A stretch of DNA of 64,000 nt from an uncultured Acidobacteriota bacterium (GTDB lineage Bacteria; Acidobacteriota; UBA6911): assembly GCA_963843575.1 (NCBI GenBank), contig CAWJKZ010000004.1, positions 64,001-128,000 on the forward strand, given 5' to 3'. This document shows positions 49,839 through 58,852 of this stretch, one piece after another. The notes under the pieces were generated by a model. The model did not search any database. It saw only the letters and a list, made by a program, of their open reading frames with translations, and was not told where the DNA came from. The position numbers and the translations under genes are program-made. Position 1 is the first letter of the stretch, and every line of letters begins with the position of its first letter.

Positions 49839-50957
49839 GTGACTCGACAAAAGGTTCCATTGGGCAGGATCCTGGGCATTCCCATTGGCTTGGACTATTC
49901 CTGGTTTTTGATCTTCGCGCTGCTCACCTGGATGCTGGGGGGCAGTTACTATCCCGCCGAGTTCAAGAACTGGCCGCCGCTGCTCTATTGGTTCATGGGC
50001 GCGGTAACAGCCATCATGCTCTTTGCCAGCGTGCTGCTGCATGAATTGGGGCACTCGGTGGTGGCGATACGGTACAAAATTCCGGTGCGCAGCATCACGC
50101 TTTTTATTTTTGGTGGGGTTGCCCAGATCGGGGCGGAACCACCTAGCGCCATTGCTGAATTCTGGATCGCAATCGCCGGGCCGATTGTCAGTCTCTCCCT
50201 CGCGGTGCTCTTTTCCGTGCTGAAATCTGTGACTACAGGAATCGAGCCCTTGTTGGGTCTGGTGAAATACCTGGCCTACATTAACTTTGCACTCGTGCTC
50301 TTCAATCTTATTCCCGGCTATCCGCTTGACGGTGGTCGCGTGTTCCGCGCCATCGTTTGGGCCGTCACGAAAAACATGCGCCGCGCCACGCTCATGGCTG
50401 CGAACGTGGGACGCCTTTTTGGTTTTCTGTTCATCTTCGCAGGAGTGTGGCGGATGTTCTCGGGCGACTTTGGTGGCGGGGTGTGGATTGCATTCATCGG
50501 CTGGTTTCTCGACAACGCCGCTTCTGCGCAGATACAGCAAGTGATATTTCAAGGCTTGTTGGCCGGGCACAAGGTTGCGCAGGCCATGAGCGGTCATTGC
50601 GTTACTATTCCTGCAGAATTGACACTGCAACAATTGGTGGACGAGCACATTCTCAGCGGCGGGCAGCGTTGTTTCCTTGTCCATAGCGGATCAAACACTG
50701 TTGGCCTTATGACCCTGCACCGGATAAGAATAGTGCCGCGGGGCGAGTGGCAGACGACGAGCGCCGGCCAAGCCATGCTCCCGCTGGACAAATTGATGCG
50801 CATAAGCCCGGATAAGGAGCTGTGGACCGCCCTGCAGCAGATGGACCGCGACGGAGTGAACCAACTTCCCGTGATGACCGACAACCAAGTGGTCGGCATG
50901 CTGAGCCGTGAGGACGTCATCACCTTTCTACGCACAGTGCAGGAACTGGGGGGCTAG
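49839..50957 (+). CDS. Site-2 protease (M50) with tandem CBS domains
   Basis: HELGH, FIFGGVA, IAGP, FNLIPGYPLDGGR; C-terminal CBS pair. Confidence 0.95.
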   Translation: MTRQKVPLGRILGIPIGLDYSWFLIFALLTWMLGGSYYPAEFKNWPPLLYWFMGAVTAIMLFASVLLHELGHSVVAIRYKIPVRSITLFIFGGVAQIGAEPPSAIAEFWIAIAGPIVSLSLAVLFSVLKSVTTGIEPLLGLVKYLAYINFALVLFNLIPGYPLDGGRVFRAIVWAVTKNMRRATLMAANVGRLFGFLFIFAGVWRMFSGDFGGGVWIAFIGWFLDNAASAQIQQVIFQGLLAGHKVAQAMSGHCVTIPAELTLQQLVDEHILSGGQRCFLVHSGSNTVGLMTLHRIRIVPRGEWQTTSAGQAMLPLDKLMRISPDKELWTALQQMDRDGVNQLPVMTDNQVVGMLSREDVITFLRTVQELGG

Positions 50958-50965
50958 CAGGCCTG

Positions 50966-51043
50966 CGGCGGAGGGCATGGCGCGGATGGAACGCGAGCCC
51001 GGCGAGATCCATCGCGAGCTCACGCCCGAGTTCGGTGCGCCGT
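50966..51043 (+). pseudogene. Possible phosphoglucomutase remnant
   Basis: AEGMARMEREPGEIHRELTPEFGAP* resembles the Pgm segment AEITARMGRDPGE.Y.ELT.EFG.P (short, recalled). Confidence 0.35.
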
Positions 51044-51119
51044 AGGGATATCCGCACTCTTTGGCAGCGCTCCTGGTGCTCTACCTGCAGGGCCCTCGTA
51101 GGTATGCTATTTGTTTGCC

Positions 51120-52103
51120 ATGGCAAACGTAGAGAGTAAAACCGACGGGAAAAAGAAGGTCGGAGGACGCTGGATCTCCTGGCTCTTCGGGCTGGGGATC
51201 CTGGTAGCCGTCGCCTTGTTCGCAGCACATCGGAGCGAGGAACAGGAGTTCGCGCGGCTCGTGGCTCACGCTCAGCCCGCCTGGCTGTTCCTTGGCCTCC
51301 TGCTCCAGATGAGTACCTATATAGCGGACGCCCGGATCTGGCAACGAATCATTGTGCGCGCGGGCATATCCAGGCCGCTCTGGTCCTATATGGGCCTTGG
51401 CCTTGCGAAACTCTTCATGGATCAAGCGGTTCCGAGCGGCGGCATGAGCGGAACCTTGCTCGTCGTCCGCGCGCTGGATCGCCGCGGCATTCCGCGGGGT
51501 ACCAGCATGGCTGCCGTCGTCGTCAACCTCGTGAGCTACTATGCCGCATATGTTGCGGCGTTGGCCGCCGCACTCGGCGTCGTTTGGGTACACGGGGGTC
51601 TCACGCTGTTTGTCATCCTGCCGGCGGTCATCTTTGCTCCCGTGGCGGCGGGCATTCCGTCGGTTCTCGTTTTGGTGAGCCGTGGCCGGAGGTTGCCGCA
51701 CTGGATTCGGCGGCTGCCGATCGTCGGGTCGGGACTTCGGGCGCTTGCAGAGGCGACACCGGCTATTGCTCATGACGGCTCGCTCATCGCCCGGTGCCTG
51801 GGCCTTCAGGTTGCGATCTTCCTGCTCGACGCCGGGACTCTCTGGATCATGCTCCGTGCCCTCGGTCTCTCGGTTCACCCGGCACAGGTCTTCGCGAGCT
51901 TTATGCTGTCGACGCTGGCGCGCACGCTGGGACCCGTGCCCGGAGGGCTCGGCATCTTTGAGGCAGCGTCTGTGGCGACGCTGAAGTTGATGGGAGTACC
52001 GATCGCCGCCGGCCTCGCTGCCACGCTCCTATTTCGGGGTTTGAGCTACTGGCTGCCTATGGCGCCGGGCATCCTCCTCGCGCGTCGGGAAACGGGGACC
52101 TGA
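51120..52103 (+). CDS. Lysylphosphatidylglycerol synthase TM-domain (flippase-like) protein
   Basis: Multi-TM; PSGGMSG, PGGLGIFEA, AATLLFRGLSYWLP. Confidence 0.85.
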   Translation: MANVESKTDGKKKVGGRWISWLFGLGILVAVALFAAHRSEEQEFARLVAHAQPAWLFLGLLLQMSTYIADARIWQRIIVRAGISRPLWSYMGLGLAKLFMDQAVPSGGMSGTLLVVRALDRRGIPRGTSMAAVVVNLVSYYAAYVAALAAALGVVWVHGGLTLFVILPAVIFAPVAAGIPSVLVLVSRGRRLPHWIRRLPIVGSGLRALAEATPAIAHDGSLIARCLGLQVAIFLLDAGTLWIMLRALGLSVHPAQVFASFMLSTLARTLGPVPGGLGIFEAASVATLKLMGVPIAAGLAATLLFRGLSYWLPMAPGILLARRETGT

Positions 52104-52159
52104 TGGCCGGTTTCCCCTTCCCCGTCAGCCACGCTTTCTGCAGGCACAGTCTTCGACGA

Positions 52160-52400
52160 ATTTGCTCTGTTTGACGGCTCGGCGCTGTTGTAGACCAACG
52201 CGGTCGTGGGTGTGACCGACGGGAGCCGCTTCATTTACCCGATGACCAGGAAAATCGGCCACGACAGCTCGGCCCTGAACACCTGGCCGTTCATCGACCG
52301 CGTCAACAGGAGCTGGAGCAAAACCAACAAGAACATGCTCGGCGTCTTCGGCGAACGCCTCGATGCGACGCTGAGGGCCTTTGCGCACGTGCCTGTCCTT
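52160..52400 (+). pseudogene. Degraded internal gene fragment (DUF5107-like)
   Basis: LL*TNAVV..TD..RFIYPMT...H......WP with a TAG where Trp would be expected; no start or flanks. Confidence 0.35.
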
Positions 52401-52523
52401 ATCGCCTGGCCCGCGCATCTTCCGGATTGCTTCGGACATCCGTGAAATCCGTGGCGGAATGGAAAAGGTGTATCATCACCGCGTGCCGCATGGAGCGGCA
52501 GACTCACCAACCAGGAGCGCTCT

Positions 52524-53237
52524 ATGTCGAACAATGCAAGTCTCGCCGTCAACCGCAGGCAGTTTCTCTTCATGTCAAGCCTGGCCGGCATCACGCTGGC
52601 GGCGCCGCCCGGAGACGAACCGGCTCGGGTCCAGTCCGGTGTCGCCCCAATAGCGCTGCCGCCGCTGCCGTATGCCCAAGATGCGCTGGCGCCGGTCATC
52701 TCTGAACAGACCCTTTCCTTCCACTACGGAAAACACCACCTCGCTTACGTCAACAATACGATCAAGCTGATCGCGGGCACCGGGCTGGAAAAGCAGCCGC
52801 TCGACGAGATCATCCGAAAGACGTCGGGCAAACCTGAGCAGGCGGGGATCTTCAACAATGCCGCCCAGGTGTTCAACCACACTTTCTATTGGCACAGCAT
52901 GAAGCCGGGCGGCGGGGGCGAACCGAAAGGCGTGATCGCCGACAGGATCGGCAAGTCGTTTGGCTCGTACCAGAAGTTCGTCGAAGCCTTCTCGGGCGCG
53001 GCGGCACAGCAGTTCGGCAGCGGTTGGGCTTGGCTTGTGGATGACGGCGGCAAGCTCGGGGTAATCAGGACTCCGAATGCCGAAACCCCACTGACCATGT
53101 CGCTCCGGCCGCTGGTGACCATCGATGTCTGGGAACACGCCTATTACCTCGACTTCCAGAATCGCCGTCCGGACTACATCAAGGCGTTCGTGGAAAAACT
53201 TCTGAACTGGGATTTCGCGGAGAAGAACCTTTCCTGA
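52524..53237 (+). CDS. sodB: Fe-type superoxide dismutase with Tat signal
   Basis: NRRQFL Tat motif; LPPLPY, HYGKHH..YV, NNAAQVFNHTFYW, QFGSGWAWL, DVWEHAYY. Confidence 0.92.
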   Translation: MSNNASLAVNRRQFLFMSSLAGITLAAPPGDEPARVQSGVAPIALPPLPYAQDALAPVISEQTLSFHYGKHHLAYVNNTIKLIAGTGLEKQPLDEIIRKTSGKPEQAGIFNNAAQVFNHTFYWHSMKPGGGGEPKGVIADRIGKSFGSYQKFVEAFSGAAAQQFGSGWAWLVDDGGKLGVIRTPNAETPLTMSLRPLVTIDVWEHAYYLDFQNRRPDYIKAFVEKLLNWDFAEKNLS

Positions 53238-53484
53238 GGTGTTCGCGCAATAAACTCCATTTCGGCGCAGGCACGTAACCGTGGTCGTGGTGACGAAGCC
53301 GACACCATGGGGCTCCTCCGGGCCCAGTGGCTGGATTGGACGCTGCTCCCAGACGCCGGCCGCCGGATGGCACCCGGATAATACAGCAGCCCAAAACCGC
53401 GCTTTGGTCAACCGGCGCTTGGCCGCAGGATAACGCCGTAGATTCTCACCGCGATGCTGGATTATTGTAGGTGTTTGTGCCAAT

Positions 53485-53503
53485 TAGATGTAAGTTGCAT
53501 CTA
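53485..53503. promoter_or_regulatory. 19-bp palindromic operator, copy 1
   Basis: TAGATGTAAGTTGCATCTA, 65 bp upstream of ATG 53568; matches 58509-58527. Confidence 0.75.
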
Positions 53504-53567
53504 CTAGAGACTTCTGTTAGATTATTCTATGGTGCTGGAAAGCGGAAGGTACGAAGGGAGGGTTCTT

Positions 53568-54083
53568 ATGAAGCGAGCATGCCTGGCATGGGCGGCCGTC
53601 CTACTGGTGGCAGCCGCATCACGCGCACAAGGGCAATCCGAACCCCAGCAGAATCAGGATCAGTCCCAGCTGCAGGGCCGTGGCAGGGGCGGCGCACCGT
53701 TTGCCTGGAACGACAGCAACAAGGACGGCATCTGCGACGTCACCGGGCAGCCCGTCGGCCAGCGGCAGACCGGTTTCGGGCGGGGGCGGCGCATGTGGGC
53801 CGCTGTCGGACAAGCTGCGGGTCAGGCCGCGCCAGTGTATGGCCGTGGCAGCGGCGGCGCGCCGTTTGCCTGGAACGACAGCAACAAAGACGGCATCTGC
53901 GACGTCACCGGGCAGCCCGTCGGGCAAGCCAGAGCGATCCGCAACGGCGGCAGCCGGGGCCGCGCCGGCGGCTTTGCCTGGGGTGACACTGACGGGGACG
54001 GTGTCTGCGATTTCACCGGCAGGCCCGTGCGCACCGGCCGACGCGGCCCCGGGCGAAACCCGGCGGTCCAACCGAAGCCTTAA
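53568..54083 (+). CDS. Small secreted protein with three F-A-W-x-D-x-N/D-x-D-G-I/V-C-D repeats
   Basis: GGGAGG RBS, signal peptide; two near-identical repeats GGAPFAWNDSNKDGICDVTGQPVG and a third FAWGDTDGDGVCDFTG; Gly/Arg-rich linkers. Confidence 0.8.
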   Translation: MKRACLAWAAVLLVAAASRAQGQSEPQQNQDQSQLQGRGRGGAPFAWNDSNKDGICDVTGQPVGQRQTGFGRGRRMWAAVGQAAGQAAPVYGRGSGGAPFAWNDSNKDGICDVTGQPVGQARAIRNGGSRGRAGGFAWGDTDGDGVCDFTGRPVRTGRRGPGRNPAVQPKP

Positions 54084-54200
54084 AGTCACGCCACACGGGA
54101 ACACGCCACTTGTTTCCGCGAAGCTATACTCTGCGAAACAGCAAGACGCCAGCACCGTCTTCCGACGCCAGAAGCCCCGGGCGATCGCAGGCTGAATTCG

Positions 54201-55208
54201 ATGATCGAACTGGTTAAGACGGCGTTGATGATCACCGGTTTTGTACTGGGGATGATGCTGCTTATCGAGTATCTGAATGTCCTCAGTGCCGGATTGTGTC
54301 AAAAGCGCCTGGCGCACCACTCGTGGGGGCAGTACCTGTTGGGAGCATTTCTCGGGGTCACACCCGGATGCCTCGGAGCGTTCGCCGCAGTCGCAATGTA
54401 CTCGCACGGGGTTCTGACCCGCGGGGCGTTGGTCACCACGATGATAGCCGCGAGTGGTGATGAGGCTTTCGTGATGCTCGCAATGGTCCCCTCCCAGGCT
54501 CTGGTCGTCATCGGCATCCTGTTTGTGTTCGGGATAACGGTAGGTGTCATCATTGATCTCGTCAGCCACAATCGGCGTGCGCCGGACGGCTGCCTCGAAA
54601 TACACCGGCAGGACCGTTCCGAATGTTACGCCCGGGGACGGATCTTCGATCAATGGAGAGAGTGCTCTGCAGCTCGAGGCACGCTCGCCGTGGCATTGAT
54701 CCTGTTCCTCGGTGCCGTCATCCTCGGCCAGCTGGGTCCTTCGGAATGGGATTGGATACGCGTCACCCTGGTTTCAATATCGGGTATCGCACTGTTTATC
54801 ATAGCCACAGTCTCCGACCATTTTCTTGAGGAGCACCTCTGGCGGCACGTGTTTCGAAAGCACGCCATGCGCATCCTTCTGTGGACGCTTGGCGCACTCT
54901 TCGCCATGCACCTCCTGATGGATGTTCTTCAACTGGAAACCACGATACGGAAAGGGAAATGGGTGGTTCTGCTGGTTGCGTGCCTGGTCGGCCTGATCCC
55001 TGAATCCGGCCCTCACCTGATTTTCGTCACGCTTTTCGCCCAGGGGGTGATACCCATAAGCATCCTCCTGGCAAGTTCAGTCGTTCAGGACGGCCATGGG
55101 ATGCTCCCGATGTTGGCCCACTCGCGCCGCGAGTTCCTGATTGTCAAGGCAATCAACTTCTGCGCGGGTATCGTTCTTGGTGCGGTCGCGCTGGCACTCG
55201 GTTTCTGA
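54201..55208 (+). CDS. Putative metal transporter (DUF2899/ArsP-like, often called 'putative manganese transporter')
   Basis: Multi-TM; PGCLGAF, SGDEAF, HFLEEHLW.H, IPESGPHLIF, QDGHG. Confidence 0.8.
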   Translation: MIELVKTALMITGFVLGMMLLIEYLNVLSAGLCQKRLAHHSWGQYLLGAFLGVTPGCLGAFAAVAMYSHGVLTRGALVTTMIAASGDEAFVMLAMVPSQALVVIGILFVFGITVGVIIDLVSHNRRAPDGCLEIHRQDRSECYARGRIFDQWRECSAARGTLAVALILFLGAVILGQLGPSEWDWIRVTLVSISGIALFIIATVSDHFLEEHLWRHVFRKHAMRILLWTLGALFAMHLLMDVLQLETTIRKGKWVVLLVACLVGLIPESGPHLIFVTLFAQGVIPISILLASSVVQDGHGMLPMLAHSRREFLIVKAINFCAGIVLGAVALALGF

Positions 55209-55348
55209 GTGCTCCATTATCGGCATGCAATGGCATACACGGAGGTAGTCGGGTCGACGTCACCCCCTTTTTGCGGCCCGTGCAAAGCTCGCTTTCGATG
55301 GCGGTTTCTATGGACATATGCGCAAGCAGCTTCTTCAACCTGGCATGT

Positions 55349-56134
55349 TCATCCCCCCCGAGAGCCTTCAAAACAATCCGAACTACCAACGCGCCGGGGA
55401 ACCGCTTTCCGCCTTCGACCCGCGGCAGATCCAGTTCGGAGTCTGCCTTCGATTCTGATCCGCTTTGCGGCCACGGCCCGGGCAGGTGGCGGTGTCTTTA
55501 ATTTCTTATAATAGGAGTGGCTTGTGTACAGGGCCGCCACCGGGTTGTGCCCCAGAACACGGTCCTTTGCAACCAAAACGGTCGCTGGTGCGCGCGAGTG
55601 CATGAAGAAAAGGCTGTCGTGGCCCACACACAGCCCGATGACCACGTTGAGCTGCGTGCCGGCGGCGGCCAGGAGAGATGCCTGGGCGATCGGGTTACAC
55701 AGAGCCTCGAAATGGCCGGGATGCACTTTCTCTATATCCTTCAATCCTATTTTCCCCTTTTCGATCGACCCTACCTTGCAGCAGATTGTGTGCACCTGAA
55801 AACCGTTGCTGAGGAAGATATCACGTGCGATTTTTGCTTCCTCGATCAGGCCCATGCAGTGCGCAATGCCCAGATTAGTCGCGCCAATACGGCGCGCGAA
55901 GTCCATAATCTCCTCGACGCGTGTGCTCCGACCATAGCCGGCTGCCTCCGTACGCGCCGACTCACGTGCCAGCTTCTGCAATGCCTGGTCCTCCAGATAG
56001 CTCCTCTCGACGCTTGCCAGACGCTCGCACTCGACAGGCATGGGGCAGAATGACGGGGTTTTCTTTGCGCCGGGTTCATCGGAGCAGGCTTTGATGCTAC
56101 AGAGAGCGCATCTCAGTTCGCCATGATCCTCCAT
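55349..56134 (-). CDS. DUF1847 Cys-rich putative metal-binding protein
   Basis: CALC...C..FCP, TRVEE, AHCMGL, CCKVG, CNPIAQA, GLCVGHD, KDRVLGHNP. Confidence 0.88.
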   Translation of the reverse strand: MEDHGELRCALCSIKACSDEPGAKKTPSFCPMPVECERLASVERSYLEDQALQKLARESARTEAAGYGRSTRVEEIMDFARRIGATNLGIAHCMGLIEEAKIARDIFLSNGFQVHTICCKVGSIEKGKIGLKDIEKVHPGHFEALCNPIAQASLLAAAGTQLNVVIGLCVGHDSLFFMHSRAPATVLVAKDRVLGHNPVAALYTSHSYYKKLKTPPPARAVAAKRIRIEGRLRTGSAAGRRRKAVPRRVGSSDCFEGSRGG

Positions 56135-56315
56135 GATAGCGGTATCCTCCGTTGGGCAGTCGAACGGCAGTTCAGATGGAGACTTCGGTTACGTAAAGAA
56201 CCGATACGAGCTGATGTCCGCACCGCGTTCCTGGGCTTCATTGTCCATTTGCGGACAGCTGCCGAGGTACCGGTGACGCCCTGCGCGCGACGCTCACGCG
56301 GCGCAAGCGTCTTTG

Positions 56316-57155
56316 CTATTGCTCCAGCGCGATACGATCCCCCGTCGAGTTCGAGACAAAGGCCGGGCCGAACTTCTCCCACAACGCGAACTGTCCTCGC
56401 AGGCCGGTACAGTGGCATGGAGCGATCCTCGAGATCTCAAACTCCTGCAGATACTCGAGAGTCCTCCCGATCCTGGTCTCGTCGGCATCGATGAGATGCG
56501 TTCCCCCGATCACCAGAGAGAAGCGCGTCGTGTTCGTCAGTTCGGCCGCGTAAAGCAACGTGTTCACGATGCCCGAGTGGCCGCAGCCCAGCACCAGGAC
56601 AGGGCCACCACGCTGATCAAGTATCAGCGCCTGATCGTCCTCCAGGGAGTCCTGAATGGGGACCGTTCCTTCCGGCGCCGCCGTGAGGAAATGCGCCGGA
56701 ACCTGCTCGAATTCCGTCACACGGGGGATGGGCCCGGTTACGAGGATTCCAGGCCCAACCGCCACGGGCCTCGTGCAGCTGAGCAACTGCATACCGGCGT
56801 GTTCGAGCGCTTCCCGACTCTCCGCCACGCCGATCGATCGGAGTTCTCCCTGTTTGTTAGAGTATTTGGGGGAGAGGGCGGAGGGATGGGCAAACACGGG
56901 TCGGGGACCAATCTCGGCTAATAGCCGCGGCAAGCCTCCGGTGTGATCACGGTGCCCGTGACTGAGTACGATTCCTGAGATCCTCCTCAGATCGATTTCC
57001 ATTCGACTCGCATTGGGATTCAGTGCGAAACCCTGGCCCGTGTCGAATAGAATGTCTCCATCCGGCATGGTGATCAGGAACGACAGGCCGTGTTCGGCGA
57101 TCAATCCCAGCTTGCGAACGGTATTCTCTACCAGCGTCAAAATCGTCATGCCCAT
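56316..57155 (-). CDS. MBL-fold metallo-hydrolase (COG1237-like)
   Basis: AEHGLSF, LFDTG, LSHGHRDHTGG, DDQAL, GCGHSGIVN, GGTHL, PCHCTG. Confidence 0.92.
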   Translation of the reverse strand: MGMTILTLVENTVRKLGLIAEHGLSFLITMPDGDILFDTGQGFALNPNASRMEIDLRRISGIVLSHGHRDHTGGLPRLLAEIGPRPVFAHPSALSPKYSNKQGELRSIGVAESREALEHAGMQLLSCTRPVAVGPGILVTGPIPRVTEFEQVPAHFLTAAPEGTVPIQDSLEDDQALILDQRGGPVLVLGCGHSGIVNTLLYAAELTNTTRFSLVIGGTHLIDADETRIGRTLEYLQEFEISRIAPCHCTGLRGQFALWEKFGPAFVSNSTGDRIALEQ

Positions 57156-57176
57156 GCGGAGTTCCTCGGGGACGGT

Positions 57177-57881
57177 CTATTGACCTTGCTCGAGTGCATA
57201 TTCGAGCGCCTTTCTGGCGTGCAGGAGGGTCGTGTTGAACAGGGGCAGCGGTGAATCTCCTGGACCCAGGAGCAGCGGGATCTCGGTGCAGCCCAGGACG
57301 ATCCCCTCAGCCCCTTCTTCGGCCAGCGCTTTAACTATCTGGACGAAAGTGTCGCGCGAAGCGGCACGGATCTCCCCGCGGCAGAGTTCATCGTAAATAA
57401 CCCGGTTGATTCTCTCCTGGGCGCTGTCCGGCGGCACGAGAACATCGATTCCGTGACGGGCGAGGCCATCGCGATAGAAGGCCTCCCGCATCGTGAAAAC
57501 GGTGCCGAGCAGCCCGATCTTCTTGAGACGGGAGTCCACGACAGCGGAGGCGGTCGCGTCGACGATGCTCAGCAACGGCATGTCGACGGCAGCCTGAACC
57601 TCCGAAAAAACGATGTGCATCGTGTTGGTCGCGATCAGACCGAAATCTGCACCCGCCTGTTTGAGACACTGCATGCCACGAGCCATTTCGCGCGCGGCGC
57701 AATGCCACTCAGCCCGGCGTTGCCACTCCACGAACTTCTGGAAGTTCACGCTGTAGATTATGATCTCCGGATAGCCGTAGTCCCCGTGGGTTTTGGTATA
57801 AGTTCGGGTAATCTCTTCGTAATAGGTAACCGTGGATTCCGGACTCATGCCGCCGAGAATTCCGATGTTGCGATACACCAT
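57177..57881 (-). CDS. Aspartate/glutamate racemase family protein (YgeA/RacX-like)
   Basis: IGILGGMSPEST, ATNTMH, GLLGT.FTM, ILGCTEIPLL-like motif (IVLGCTEIPLL). Confidence 0.92.
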   Translation of the reverse strand: MVYRNIGILGGMSPESTVTYYEEITRTYTKTHGDYGYPEIIIYSVNFQKFVEWQRRAEWHCAAREMARGMQCLKQAGADFGLIATNTMHIVFSEVQAAVDMPLLSIVDATASAVVDSRLKKIGLLGTVFTMREAFYRDGLARHGIDVLVPPDSAQERINRVIYDELCRGEIRAASRDTFVQIVKALAEEGAEGIVLGCTEIPLLLGPGDSPLPLFNTTLLHARKALEYALEQGQ

Positions 57882-57968
57882 GCCTCCTCATGCGATTTGA
57901 AAGGGGAACGATTGCTGCTCGAATCCGATAATGGCCACCACTGCGCGCCGCTCGGAGACACCCGGAGA

Positions 57969-58400
57969 TCAGGGCCGTGCCCGGCGCCGACTGGGACGCC
58001 GCGCGGGTGTGGTGCGCTGCATTCTCCGCGCAGTCCGGACAAACCGAGCCATCGATTTGGACACGTGCTCCAGGACTGTTGCCCATTCGTCGAGGTGCGC
58101 CTCCCCCTTTGCGGTCAGCTTGTACACGTGCCGCGCCGGACCGGCCTCTTCGATATCCCATTCCGAAGTGACGTTGCCGTTCGCCTCCAGCTGGTGCAGG
58201 ACGCGATAAAGAGCAGCGCGCTCGATTTCAGCGTCAGTCAGGGCATATGCCTGCAGGTCGGCAGACAAGTCGTAGCCGTAGGACTTCCCTTTCTGCTTCA
58301 AGAGGAGAAGGACCACCGGTTCGACGAAACGATACAGATTCCCCATGGCGCAGGTGCATGGATGGTTCCGTCCGTGCCGTGTGCAAGTACGTTTTGGCAT
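57969..58400 (-). CDS. PadR-family transcriptional regulator with N-terminal Cys/His motif
   Basis: LLLL...SYGYDL, ALYRVLHQLE..G.V.SEW, GPARHVYKLT.KG; N-terminus CTRHGRNHPCTC. Confidence 0.9.
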   Translation of the reverse strand: MPKRTCTRHGRNHPCTCAMGNLYRFVEPVVLLLLKQKGKSYGYDLSADLQAYALTDAEIERAALYRVLHQLEANGNVTSEWDIEEAGPARHVYKLTAKGEAHLDEWATVLEHVSKSMARFVRTARRMQRTTPARRPSRRRARP

Positions 58401-58508
58401 CTAGCCTCCTGGTGCAGCGTGCTTGTGATCTTTCGCCACCATGCTTTGAATTTGAATCACGCGCTCAAAGTGGAAACCGCGGTCGCTCAACAACGTGATT
58501 ATAGGCGA

Positions 58509-58527
58509 TAGATGTACCATGCATCTA
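58509..58527. promoter_or_regulatory. 19-bp palindromic operator, copy 2 (upstream of padR)
   Basis: TAGATGTACCATGCATCTA; 16/19 identical to copy 1, differing only in the 3-bp centre. Confidence 0.75.
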
Positions 58528-58852
58528 CATGGATCCTCAGTAGGAGTATATCCTGTGAGTTCGGCTGCACTGGCGACAGGGAGTTCCCGGAATGGCTCCG
58601 ATCACCGCCTGGATGGCGAGCGATTGGCGGGCGGCCTTGACGCCTGGAACGGCTTACGCGCCGCCGTGCTAAACGTTGACGTTTCCTCTCTCGTAACCTG
58701 CCCGTTCAGGCGAGGGAGACCGTCGCACCTTCTACGCCGGAATGGCAGAGCCTGTTCGGGTCGCGCCTCCAGAGACGGTCACCCCACCGGCAAGAACGAG
58801 GGGCGGCTGCTGGGCCGCCCCATGGTGGATAACTTCGGCTTCGACCTCTTAA

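Noticed and set aside
51113-51128. Perfect palindrome GTTTGCCATGGCAAAC over the flippase-like start codon
   Set aside because: It is a single occurrence with no cognate regulator or second copy, so a function cannot be supported.
53680-54030. Direct DNA repeats that could be taken for a CRISPR array
   Set aside because: The units are ~80 bp, in frame within a coding sequence, only 2-3 copies, and no cas genes are present.
54201-55208. Selenocysteine recoding in the DUF2899-like transporter
   Set aside because: The ORF is open with ordinary Cys codons and has no in-frame TGA.
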